From Octopus vulgaris (taxonomy: Eukaryota): 64,000 nucleotides of DNA. Below, one piece after another: positions 52,348-64,000 of this stretch (its first letter is position 1; every line of letters begins with the position of its first letter). A model generated the notes under the pieces. The model made no database searches and had not been told where the DNA came from. It was given only the letters and a program-made list of their open reading frames with translations. Both the position numbers and the translations under genes were made by a program. The stretch is taken from contig OX597814.1 of assembly GCA_951406725.2 (NCBI GenBank), positions 211,854,001 through 211,918,000 of the forward strand. Direction: 5' to 3'.

Positions 52348-52728
52348 TATTCAATAATTTTTTCTTGTATGTTTTGTCCCTCCGCTTTACCTCATGGTGC
52401 GATATGAACATTTAACGTGGTACTATAGTCAGTGTTTCGACTGCTATTTCGGCATGTTGGTGTCTTTTAGACACCCTCATTTTTAATTGTTAAAAAAAAA
52501 TTTTTTTACCTTTGTAAGGTATTTCTTTCATGCTGGCCACTTGATAATTTCGACACTTAAATATCGATATTATCCTCATATATAAATTTATATATAAGTA
52601 TATATAATTTAAAATAATAAGGGTGAGAAATTGAATATTCATTTGATTAATATCAATTTAAAACCAGTGGTCTAGCATATTTAAAAATCTGAAGTTTCAG
52701 AAAAATTATATTACATATATATTAAAGG

Positions 52729-52932
52729 AATGACCTGTAAGTGGACATCCATTATGCTAGAAGATCCGCTTTGGTCTAACCACTAAGAAAAGAATGTGCT
52801 CAAGAAAATTTAGCAAAACGCCAGAAAGTAAGCAAGCGAGACAAATGAAAAGATACAAAATATAGATTAATCACAAACCATGTTAGGCCATAGCGGATCT
52901 TCTAGCATAATGGATATCAACTTACTGGTCAT
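52729..52932. repeat. Short element with ~50-bp terminal inverted repeats between (TA)n tracts
   Basis: ATGACC..CCATTATGCTAGAAGATCCGCT / AGCGGATCTTCTAGCATAATGG..GGTCAT. Confidence 0.7.
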
Positions 52933-52983
52933 ATATATATATATATTCTTAATGAGGATGTAAGATACGAGATTTTTTATTAC

Positions 52984-53098
52984 TCACTACCTTTGTTTCA
53001 AACATCTAGCATCGATCACTTACGTGGTCCTCACTGAGTAGGATACTTAACAAGTGGTTCAGTAACATCCGACGGTGCAGAGGATTCTCTTCCGGTGA
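52984..53098 (-). ncRNA. Degenerate hammerhead with long branched stem II, 3' of an old Naiad copy
   Basis: Minus strand: TCAC-CGGAAGA-...-GAAA-C AAAG-GTA-GTGA. Confidence 0.55.
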
Positions 53099-53099
53099 T

Positions 53100-54950
53100 G
53101 AATTGATATAACTCGTTAAAATAACCGTTACACAATTTATCACCTTAATACGTGGGAAAAAAGCAGCAAGTTAAAGGAAATAACCTCATTATATAAAAGA
53201 AAACAATAATAAAATAACAGATGCAAAAAAGTGACGAAGAGGTAATGCAGGGTAAAAAAAGGATTAAATATAAACGTTAACGGATTTGGATATATAAACA
53301 CCCTCCCGTAGGTTTCATGAGGCATGCCCCTCGCTCATACAAGCATCTACGAAGACATAAGCATACGCAGACCCTTGATTTAGCACACGTACGTTGACAT
53401 AGCGACTTCACTAGCTACTTGGTTTTTATAAGAATGGGGAGGTTTGAGCTAAATTTAATTTAGTCATACCTTAAAGTGAATTATGTTAACAGTTACTCAA
53501 ATTCAATCCCACTGCATTGGGTGAAATTGCCCTTACATGCATGTAAGTATCCTGAGAGTCTTACAGAAATTGTATTAATGATCTTTTCATTGGTATTCAG
53601 AACTGAAAGGAATTCATTGCAGCAGAATCGGCATCTCCTTGTAATGATATAACATGGTTTTCCATGCATTGCTATAGACAAAGTTGAATGTTTTTATTGA
53701 TTTTCTTGAAGCTGGTGACGTGGTTCCGATAACAGTTCTTGACTGAATCAGCCGTTACCCCAATGTAAACATATGATACTCCCCTTGCGTGTACAGTATA
53801 TTCATACACAAGATTTGTTATCGAGATTCATCAAAGGACATTTTGATTTCTCTCTGTATGGGCATTTATTATATCTATTTGTATATATAGTAGTACTGAC
53901 TTCATTTTTCGATGTTATTACCCTGTTAGATACATCACAATCATTTCTACTCTCACGATTTATTCGTATCAAGTACTTTCCATCGCGGTTTACATCTCTA
54001 GTCTTGGTATTCTCATGTATATGATTGCTAGTTCCAGTAGGTGAGTTATTAAACTGTTGTTTCATTTTGCTCTCTTTCACTTGTTACTCTTTTTACTTGT
54101 TTCAGTCATTTGACTGCGGCCATGCTGGAGCACCACCTTTAGTCGAGCAAATCGATCCCGAGACTTATTCTTCGTAAGCCCAGTACTTATTCTATCGGGC
54201 TCTTTTGCCGAACCGCTAAGTGACGGAGCCGTAAACACACCAGCATCGGTTGTCAAGCAACGCTAGGGGGACAAACACAGACACACAAACATATACACAC
54301 ACACACTTATATATATATACATATATACGACAGGCTTCTTTCAGTTTCCGTCTACCAAATCCACTCAAGTCATTGGTCGGCCGGGGCTATAGCAGAAGAC
54401 ACTTGCCCAAGATGCCACGCAGTGGGACTGAACCCGGAACCATGTGGTTGGTTAGCAAGCTACTTACCACACAACCACTCCTGCTGTTGGTAATAAGGTT
54501 CATATGCCACTTTAAATAAATAAAGTTAGCGTATGGTAACTTCACGATTTCTCTAGTAAAAATAGCCAGGTATGTATTTGTTTTAGGGAAATATGTGTCT
54601 AAAGCAGCAAAATATTTCCTTTGTTGAAACATGTGAATCAAAGACTGGGTTGTAACAGAGGACATCAGGATTCCAATTTTTACTATTTGGCTTATTTATT
54701 CTAGTGTGTTGTATAAGGTTGGGACAATGTATTGTGTCATAAGCAGTAGAGTTATTGTGTTGTGTATTTTGAAGTTTTGTTATTAACTTATTGCCTTGAC
54801 CGATTCTTTCTGGCCTGTACTCTCGCTCGGAGTCAGATCACACACCGTAACGATGTGTTTGCGTACAATGTATATTATTATTGGAGGAATTGGCAAGATT
54901 ATGTATGTATGACTGTGTCTTGTATGTATTGAATTTTCTCACAATTTCCA
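53100..54950 (-). mobile_element. Old Naiad-type PLE (linker + GIY-YIG), interrupted by a SINE
   Basis: FAALDTYFPK..IFTREIVKLPY; CPYREKSKCPL; VYIGVTADSVKNCYRNHVTSF; RRCRFCCNEF. Confidence 0.75.
54070..54484 (-). mobile_element. tRNA-SINE family A
   Basis: Near-identical to 27906-28310. Confidence 0.9.
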
Positions 54951-54994
54951 GCCGTCGCTAAAGCTGTATGGTAATATCGTGCATGTGATTCGAA

Positions 54995-55250
54995 AATTTA
55001 TGTATGTGTGTTTGTGTCTGTTGTTTGTCCCCCACCACCATCGTTGCTTGACAACCAATGTTGGTTTGTTTAGGCAAACCCCGTAACTCAGCGTTTTGGC
55101 AAAAGTGACCGATAGAATAAGTACCAGGACTTTCTTTATAACCCTGGTCTTTTTTTGCTGAAACTGCTAATGCTACCGTGACGTAAATAAACCTACATCG
55201 GTTGTCAAGCGATGGTGGAGGGAAAAACATAGACGCAATGACACATACAC
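54995..55250. mobile_element. Two SINE family A tail fragments in opposite orientation
   Basis: GCTTGACAACC..GACCGATAGAATAAGTAC, then CATCGGTTGTCAAGCG. Confidence 0.55.
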
Positions 55251-55272
55251 ATAAATATATATATATACATAC

Positions 55273-55331
<59 letters not shown>

Positions 55332-55542
55332 AATAAGGATAATATCGATATTATCAAGTGGCCAGCATGGGAAAAAATACCATACAAAGGTAATAATTTT
55401 TTACAACTAAAGATAAGGGTGTCTCTCAGACACCCTTATTTTTAGTTATATATATATATATATATATATATATAGGATGGGCTTCTTTCAAGTTCCGTCT
55501 CTCTCTCTTTCTCTCTCCCTGTGTAAATATATATATATATAT

Positions 55543-55608
<66 letters not shown>

Positions 55609-56521
55609 AGACATCGAATTATATACACACACAGAATTAATCTTAGATTGTACAGTGACCCTACAGTGACATTGATATGCCTATCTATCTCGGACGAAGG
55701 TCGTATTAGTAAAACAATTAAAGATAGGATTATACTAACCCTCAGATCCATATTTAAACTTACGCTATGGTCAACCACACTGGATATTATTGGTCGATTC
55801 AATTTCCCTCGAAAATAGAAGCAGCAATAAATATTTACAGCTGTATTATCTCTAATCACTATTGTAGAATTTATATAATACTTCTGAAAAAGGCAATTGT
55901 ATTAATTCAGCAGAATTGTAATTTAACAAACCATGTGTTATTGTAATAGCTAATCGGTATAAAATAAAATTAATAATAAAACGAAAAATGTCAGAGGGTG
56001 ATATGCTAGCTTAAAGAAAGAGATTATGAAACTTGGAGTTAGCAATGCGGAAGAGAAAGGCCAAAACTTAAAATCAGTGTTTAGTTATGGAATAATAAAT
56101 TATAAATACGAATGATAAACACTTTCTAATGGAGGATATTTGGAATAGACATTTTGAAAAAAACTACTTTAATTTCTACCCGGAACAATAACAATTTCAC
56201 TAAACCTAATAGTATATATTCTAATATGATAATGAGTGCACTGTTTTTATATATTTGTATATAGGAGAGAAAATAGTAATTCTGTGAAGGTGAGGTAGTG
56301 AGAATAATAGCCCTGATTTAGAGAGAGAGGAAAAAGAGAGAGACTGAGAGAAACTAACAGGAATGGAGAAAGGAAGGGGTGATAGATGAATAAGGAAGGA
56401 AAGGGTGATAGATGAATATGGAAGGAAGGGGTGAAAAAATAAGCATTTCTATTCTGTTGAGTATATGTGTGTGTATGTAAAAAAGGGGGCACGTGAATGT
56501 TTGTGTGTGTGTGTGTGTATG

Positions 56522-56575
<54 letters not shown>

Positions 56576-56710
56576 TGTGTGTGTATATGTATATATATAT
56601 AGATATATATATATATATAAAGTTAATCCAAACAAGAAAACAAAAAACAACAACGCAAAGATGTGGAACAAATAAAGTATTATTGGACGCTCAGGAAAGA
56701 AGGGAAGAAG

Positions 56711-56844
<134 letters not shown>

Positions 56845-57289
56845 GCACACTACATAGATACTTCGTACATACTTTTTCAAGTGTATGCTTTTCTATATGC
56901 ATGGCGTAATTTTTTTGCTTCTATTTTGGCTATTTTGACACAAGTGGAATAGGAAAGTTTATCAGCACAGAAACTATTCTCTTCAAGTAGATTTTAGATC
57001 CCTCGAAGAATATAAATATATATGTATATATTTTTTATTTATGCATGTATATAAATATGCTCAAATATAAATATTTACTAGTACCGATCTTTGAGGAAAT
57101 CAAATGCAGCTATTTTTATTTCAACCAAAGATTCAGTACGCATAAATTTAATCACAAAAGGACACTCATTTCGACAATATTCACATGTTATGTTACAGAG
57201 TATTTTTGCGAAATGTGACGATATTTATGTATCATTTTTTTTTCTCTGTGAGCAGCGTTGGAGAACATAAAGTTTCAATTTGTATATGA

Positions 57290-58290
57290 GAAAAAGTTAG
57301 CTGGCAATGAGGACTGGAACTTATCTGCATACTGGAAATGAATTACCGTCATCGTGATAATTTGTGTTTGGTATGAAAATGACGGATGCGTAAAGCTTTA
57401 TGAATATTGTAAAGACTGTAAGATATGACCTGGGAAGCGGAAACAGAGACCACGAAGTAGTAGCCAGAAAGAAAGAACACAGCAGGCGTTGATTCCACAT
57501 CTGCTGGACGAGTTGATAAAACGTCCGTGGAAAGGAATCCGTTGTTTGGAGAGAGGGATGGACGTCGGGGTGTCGCTATGACACTTTTCTTTTAACAAGG
57601 ACTTTTGATATCTCTTGTTCAAGAGTGCAAGGGAGTAATTCTGAGAGCCGCGTCCAAGGATAACCGCTTGTCGAAGGCTAAAATGCTGCTGACCATACTT
57701 TTATGTTGGGGGTGACCTAAGTTTTCTCCTATCAAACTAACTTCTACTAGAACAAGTTGTACATCACAGAAAGATATGTGGTTTCCCTACAATATATATG
57801 ATGCCCCACATATCATCACAATCAGGTTCAAACAAAGTGAAATGGCCTTTGGCTGTGTCGCTAGCAACGGTGATATCATGCCGCTCCACACACCCGAAAG
57901 GGGACTTAGGCGCAAAGTCAAATATCTAGGTGAAGATGCTTCAGATTTTGTTAAATTTCTGGCTGGATAGGGTTGCTACTGGAAGTTCATGCGTTTGGCA
58001 GCAGGATCCGTCTGTTTACTAAACTCCCAGATAAGTCTCATAGTGTAGTTGGAGTATTTCGAAGATTTCACGTGACTCAAATCCGCAGTTGGTAATTCCA
58101 CCGATTTTAATCCCATGGATTATTAAATATCGGGCGCTTTTGAAAAAGAAGTCAACCACTCTGCCCTAAACACCAAGTCCAAGCGTAGGACAAAGATGAA
58201 AGAGGTGTTAAAAACTTTTCCGAGGGACACAGTCAAGAATGCTTGCGCTAGTTTATTTTTTTTCTGCCGTGTTGAGGCTGTGGTGCACGC
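57290..58290 (+). mobile_element. Degenerate Tc1/mariner (maT-like) transposon
   Basis: MAFGCVASNGDIMP, PPDFNPMDY-like motif, VKNACA..RVEAVV. Confidence 0.65.
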
Positions 58291-58502
58291 TTTAGAAAGA
58301 GTTAGAGAGAGCGTGATAGAGATAGAGAGAGAGGATACAGTCCATGTGTGGAAAATAGAATCGAAAAATCTCAATATCTTACATACAATGACCTTGGATA
58401 TTCCCTCACTTCCCTGATACGCGGTTTGAATTAAGTTTAGTTGGGGTTTATATACATGCGTGCATGCATACATATATACATACATACGTATGTATATCTC
58501 TC

Positions 58503-58553
<51 letters not shown>

Positions 58554-58570
58554 TGCTAAATATATATCAT

Positions 58571-58731
58571 AGGCGCAGGAGTGGCTATGTGGTAAGTAGC
58601 TTGCTTACCAACCACTTAATCATGGGTTCAGTCCCACTGCGTGGCGTCTTGGGCAAGTGTCTTCTACTATAGCCTCAGGCCTTGTGAGTGGATTTGGTAG
58701 ACGGATTTAGAGGCCCGTCGTATATATATAT

Positions 58732-58772
<41 letters not shown>

Positions 58773-58980
58773 ATTGTGTTTCTGGATTTGTCCACCCAAC
58801 ATCGCTTGACAACCGATCCTGGTGTGTTTTATGTCCCCGTAACTTAGCGGTTCGGCAAAAGAGACCGATAGAATAAGTACTCGGATTACAAAGAATAAGT
58901 CCAGGCGTCGATTTGCTCGACCAGAGGCGGTGCTCCAGCATGGCCACGGTCAAATAACTGAAACAAGTAAAAGAATAAAA
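58571..58980 (+). mobile_element. tRNA-SINE family A
   Basis: Same head, body and tail as 27906-28310. Confidence 0.9.
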
Positions 58981-61570
58981 AAAAATTATAAATTCCTAAT
59001 ACTAGAAGAATATATTCATGCTTGCTGCATCTACTCACCTACGGTACATGTGAGATTCTGTCATGAACGTGTGTTTAATTTTCCACGGAGAGCTTACTCT
59101 TAGTAGACCATAAAATACGTCTGACAGATTATCAGGTTTTCTATAAATTTGAGGTAATCAGGTCTCTTCCTTATCTTCCCTTATCTACCCCGAAGTTTCT
59201 GAATCGTAATTTGAAGAGTTTCACTATTGATCTTCTATGCGATAGAGGGCTATCACGTCTTCCAAATTTCTTTCCCTCACTCCATATGTCCTCCACAATA
59301 GATAAGAATATTTGGTCAGTAGAAGAACATAAAGTATTTATTTTATTCTTAGATTTCTGTCATTTCTCGACTGGTTTTGATTGAATATCTTAATTATTTT
59401 TATTTCGGATACTCTCATTTTAAATTGGCTTACACGGAAAAAAAGTTAATATCTATTACAGTATCATTAATTTTTACACAAGTGTTCTTTCTTTATTATC
59501 TCTAAATATTATGCCTATTTCCCCTTTATGCTAGTATCAAGTGTTGTTCACTTTCATGTGATAAACACCGCCACATAGCTAACAGTTTGGCCTAGACTAA
59601 GGATGCTTTTCCAATTTCCTAAATCCATAATATCAGTTTTATCTATCCATATCTATGTGGTATGTATATGTAATGTTTTGAGTTCTCTTTTATATAATTT
59701 GAACCACAGAAAATTCGTATACATTCAGCTATTCAGTTGCTTATGTTTGACTATTATTTTCATGTCTTCTATTCAAAATGTGTGTTGGAACATTATATTG
59801 AGCTCGATAATAATATCTTATTTACATTTTCGTAGTGTACGAAAAATATGATGCATAAAATTGAGATATTCAAAATTGAATAAGAATATAATTAAATAAG
59901 TTATATATTATATGTAACAGACTCTACGACTAGTTCGAGCTAGTCATATAATAGGTTTATGAAAATGCAACAAATTCGTTAATGAATAGCAAAAGAAAGT
60001 ATTTACAGATTAACTGACGCTTATCAATAATGATAAAATAGAATAGAAGAAAGATTGAGTGAAACCACATGATACAGTCAAGGTTAAATTTGTGTGAATA
60101 TGCAATGTGCTAAAACAGTATATCATTCACCTCTTTGTCATTGCTATCAATCTATGAGACCTAACATGTCAGACAAAGTTATCGGAAGGAGAAAATGTCG
60201 AAGCACCTACCGTGAGTAAGTAGAAGTAATATCTCATGAAGAACTGATAGCTGTCAACAAGAAATAAGATATATTATTGAGACGAAATTCAATATTTCTC
60301 TGATTGATGAGGGAATAGCAAGGTGTAAATATAGGCAAATAGTGTCTCCTAGAAGTGTGCCTCGATAATTATGTGCGCTTAGATGTTAAATGTTTAATTT
60401 ACTGAATAGATATTTGAAATTGCACTGATTCAACTATATATCATTGTTTATTGATTGCTTCTTATTGCCAACTATTAACCTATTCCACTCATCATTTTTC
60501 GTTTACCTGAGACATTGGTGAATAAAATAAATCAAGTACCCTACCGTGAAAAGAATTGTTACACCATAGGTTAGGTATTCAGTTAAACCTATTTTCTTGT
60601 ATCAACAACAACGGGTTTTATGATTATTTGTCAAATATGATCTGTGAACTCACATTCACTGTCTGAAAGCGAACTGTGTATTCTGAAGAGATAACGATCA
60701 CTAAACGATAAATAATGTCTAACATACAAGATAATTGTTCAAAGTTATATTTGAACAGAGTTACATACTGTTTATATTGATCTTATTCCTGTCATGAGAA
60801 CGATAGGAACGGAAAGGAGACTTGGGCTACATTGCTCAGCGTACATTGTTTTAGATACTTTTCAGTTCAGATTAAGTTGTTTTCAAATTTGTCTTTCACA
60901 ATGGAGATGTTGAATGTCTGTTGGGTTTATATCGTAAATTAGCTCCATGTGAGACCTGATAAGTATCTTTATGCATAAAGGTATGCTATTTATGACCCTC
61001 TCGTCAATTTGTAGGCACGAACATATTATCCAATCTACAATTATATTTCTAATTAGCTTCAATTTAATCTGAACGAAATGAGTTTGTTATTCCTAGCAAG
61101 GCAAATGATTGCATATATTCTACCTCTGGGGAGACCATAGATTTTCCTAATGATTTATCATTACGTGTTATAATTCGCCCTTAATTAACACCTTATCTAC
61201 TCTTTCATTTTGGAATGAACAATGTCTGGATGTTTTGCTTTCCTTCAAAGACAAACAGCTTGATATTGTAAAAGAATTTTTGTTCGGAGTTAAATTTACA
61301 TGTTTCAGTCTACTATTGGTTGAAATGCGTTAAACATGCTTTTCACATGGATGATTAAAAAATGATATTTCCCCCTCTGCTCTATGAATTTGTGCTTTGG
61401 TATTTTCCATCCGGTATGCATAACTTCAGAAACATTACAGAAATTGAGCAGATCCAAATAATGTATTCTAAAGCACATACACACTGTCACTATTAAATCG
61501 ATATAGGATTTCAATAAAGAATATTCTTTGAAAAGGAACATGAACTAAGAACACAATTAGCATGGAATCT

Positions 61571-61607
<37 letters not shown>

Positions 61608-64000
61608 CAAGAGCTGTAAAGGTGACGTGTGCTATGGTATATTGATTGTAATATAGAACCTTTCGTTGTGCTGTTTCCTGTGGATTAGTGCCCTTGGGTA
61701 TAATTGATATCATTACAGAAAGCCACGAAACTCTCATTTTCCATAACTTCCGCACTGCTTCGAAAGTTATTCTCTAAGCCCTCAAGGAATGCTGAATGTT
61801 TTGGTGGACGTGATAGTTTAACAGGTAATTAGCTTGATCATGAAACATTTATGACCTCATTATAATGTGGCATGATCAATCCACATATCAGTTGAGATGC
61901 GTTGGTGAACTGACAGGCGCGACTGTATTCAGCATAGGTAAAAAGAATCATCCCCACTGATACTTTCACCATATTCTAAGATAGTAGAATCTTTGGGGCG
62001 TCGTATAAAATGTCTCACATTATTCATACTATCCCTTTACATTCACCCTTCAGATACCCCTGAGGGCAAATTGCCTTTTATTCTTATGAGTTCAACAACA
62101 AAATGGTTACCAAGTTCTAGTGTCAATGTAGATGACTAACTCCTTCTCCTTAAAATTGCTGGTTTTGTTACCCGGATTCGAAACTATTATTTTGCATATT
62201 GTAGATATACTTGTTTTCATATTCTAGATATGCATGCTTTTCTTTCAAATTGCATTTAATGGAATAATAATTTGATGGAATAATAATTTTCCTGCATTTT
62301 AATTATACCTATAAAAATGGCTCATACAACATCTTGTCTTTTCTTCTGGTAGTACTCCCTCATTTATAGTTTATGCTTCCTAACTCGTGTTCCCATTCGT
62401 TGTTTACTGCTATTTATATAAATTAGTCCATTCTCTTGTAAAACGTGTGTTTGAACACTAAAAATAAGCATCCATTATTTAAAAAAAATTAAATTCAACT
62501 TCAGAACATGGAGCGAACCGTTTTCTTTTTCACTCACATTCATATTCTTCAGTATCGTGAACATTGATATATCGAAGAGGAATTTATCGATAAGTCTTTA
62601 ACTATTGAATTATAAACCAATGGGAGAAAAGCACCACATACTTCGATATATCCTTAAGATTATTCATCAACAATCTTGTTTGGGTGGGACCTGGAAAAAA
62701 TCCAGTGGCCATAAAGTTTGTGATAGGATCGAAAATATCTCCCTAGTGTATATAACCGTTTGCATGCCTTTCTGCAACGTAAATATTTCTGCTGTCGTCT
62801 AGAGTCTATCTCTTCCACAATTCTGCATGCGTTCCGTCAACAATTAAATTTTATTGAAATACTGAGGTAGAAATCTTAGATTCAACCAGGATATTTGCTA
62901 AGTGTTGAAAATGAATACTTGACCAATACCGATTATAGCATTGACTCGCTCAATTCCTAGCAATATAAGAAGAAGGAGTTTCCATTATATCAAACTATGA
63001 ATAATTAAATCATAATAGTTATTATAGTCCATTCTGCACTGTTGTGCCATTCAAGACACGTTATATTTCGCATCCCTCTAGTGATTGTAGTAATTTCCTA
63101 TTGTTTCCTGTGCCTCTTAGACGATTCATAGCTCCTTTATTTAGCAGCTTCAGGTCATATTTCATTTAAACAAATCGAAACTGCCTTGGAAAAGACTATC
63201 AATTCATCAACGTTAATATTCCTAGAAACTTTCGAAAACTTGAATTTTCATCTCATACTACTGATAATAGAAAGGAAGTTGTGAAAGTGATTAAAGTCAA
63301 TGCGGTCAGAAATCACAGAAATTCACGTTAATGGATCTATACTAAAGCATATATGACTTTACAAACAAAATCTAAAGCAAAGTGTAAATGTTGATATTGG
63401 TAACGAACATTCATAACGAAATATCCGTGAGTATGAAACTTGATTCCTATATAAAGGTATTTTCTTTCTGATATTATTTTCTACTGAATCTAGGTTCTTA
63501 ATAAAACATTGTGGTTGCTTCGGTCCTGGCCTCCATATGTATAACAAATGTTCCAGTCTCATATGACACAAAATGGCTCTAGTTACTGGCATGATCAGGA
63601 CAACAAAGTATAAAAGGCGCCCAATGTGATGGAGAGACTATGCCTGAGCAACAGATATCTATTCTTGATACGATTTCTTCGCTCTAATCCACATGTTGCA
63701 ACTATGTGTACACCACTAACGCAGACGTAGGGGCTGCTTCTTTGGGGTCGCGTCACTAAAGAAATAAACCTGTTGTTAACAGTGTGTGTGTTATCAAACA
63801 CACGGTGGTATTCTTTTTGGAAAAGTTGTAGAAGCGAACGTAATTGTAAGGCATATGGCAATGACAACAAATGACATAAAAAGCCTTCCTTCAAATAATT
63901 GTATAGAAATTATATTACACTTTAATCATCGAATATTACTTCAGATCGCATGAAACCTACTTTTGGAAATAGTAATATTTAGCTCCATAGGAAAGAGATG

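Noticed and set aside
55684-55820. CGGACGA-AGG...CCCTC-GAAA HHR-like remnant
   Set aside because: Stem III and cleavage triplet missing; too decayed to call

Overview
AT-rich, microsatellite-rich eukaryotic DNA. The SINE families look cephalopod (Octopus-like), which is an inference. I can support no intact host gene; the window is almost entirely mobile DNA. Main contents: (1) a ~7.76-kb near-perfect palindrome (43743-51501) formed by a 5'-truncated Naiad-type Penelope-like element (PLE) encoding RT thumb plus GIY-YIG endonuclease, with a hammerhead ribozyme (HHR) in each arm; (2) three older Naiad fragments and one Penelope/Poseidon-type fragment; (3) about 15 HHR or HHR-like motifs from roughly ten unrelated short families sitting in (TA)n arrays, several with non-canonical cores; (4) a tRNA-like + (AAT)n + HHR module found both at the end of a PLE and free-standing; (5) a decayed Gypsy LTR element, mariner/maT, RTE/CR1/Tx1-like fragments, a non-autonomous Helitron, a MITE and tRNA-SINEs; (6) weak signs of parvovirus/densovirus NS1-like SF3 helicase fossils. 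All calls were made by eye, and coordinates of degenerate elements are approximate.
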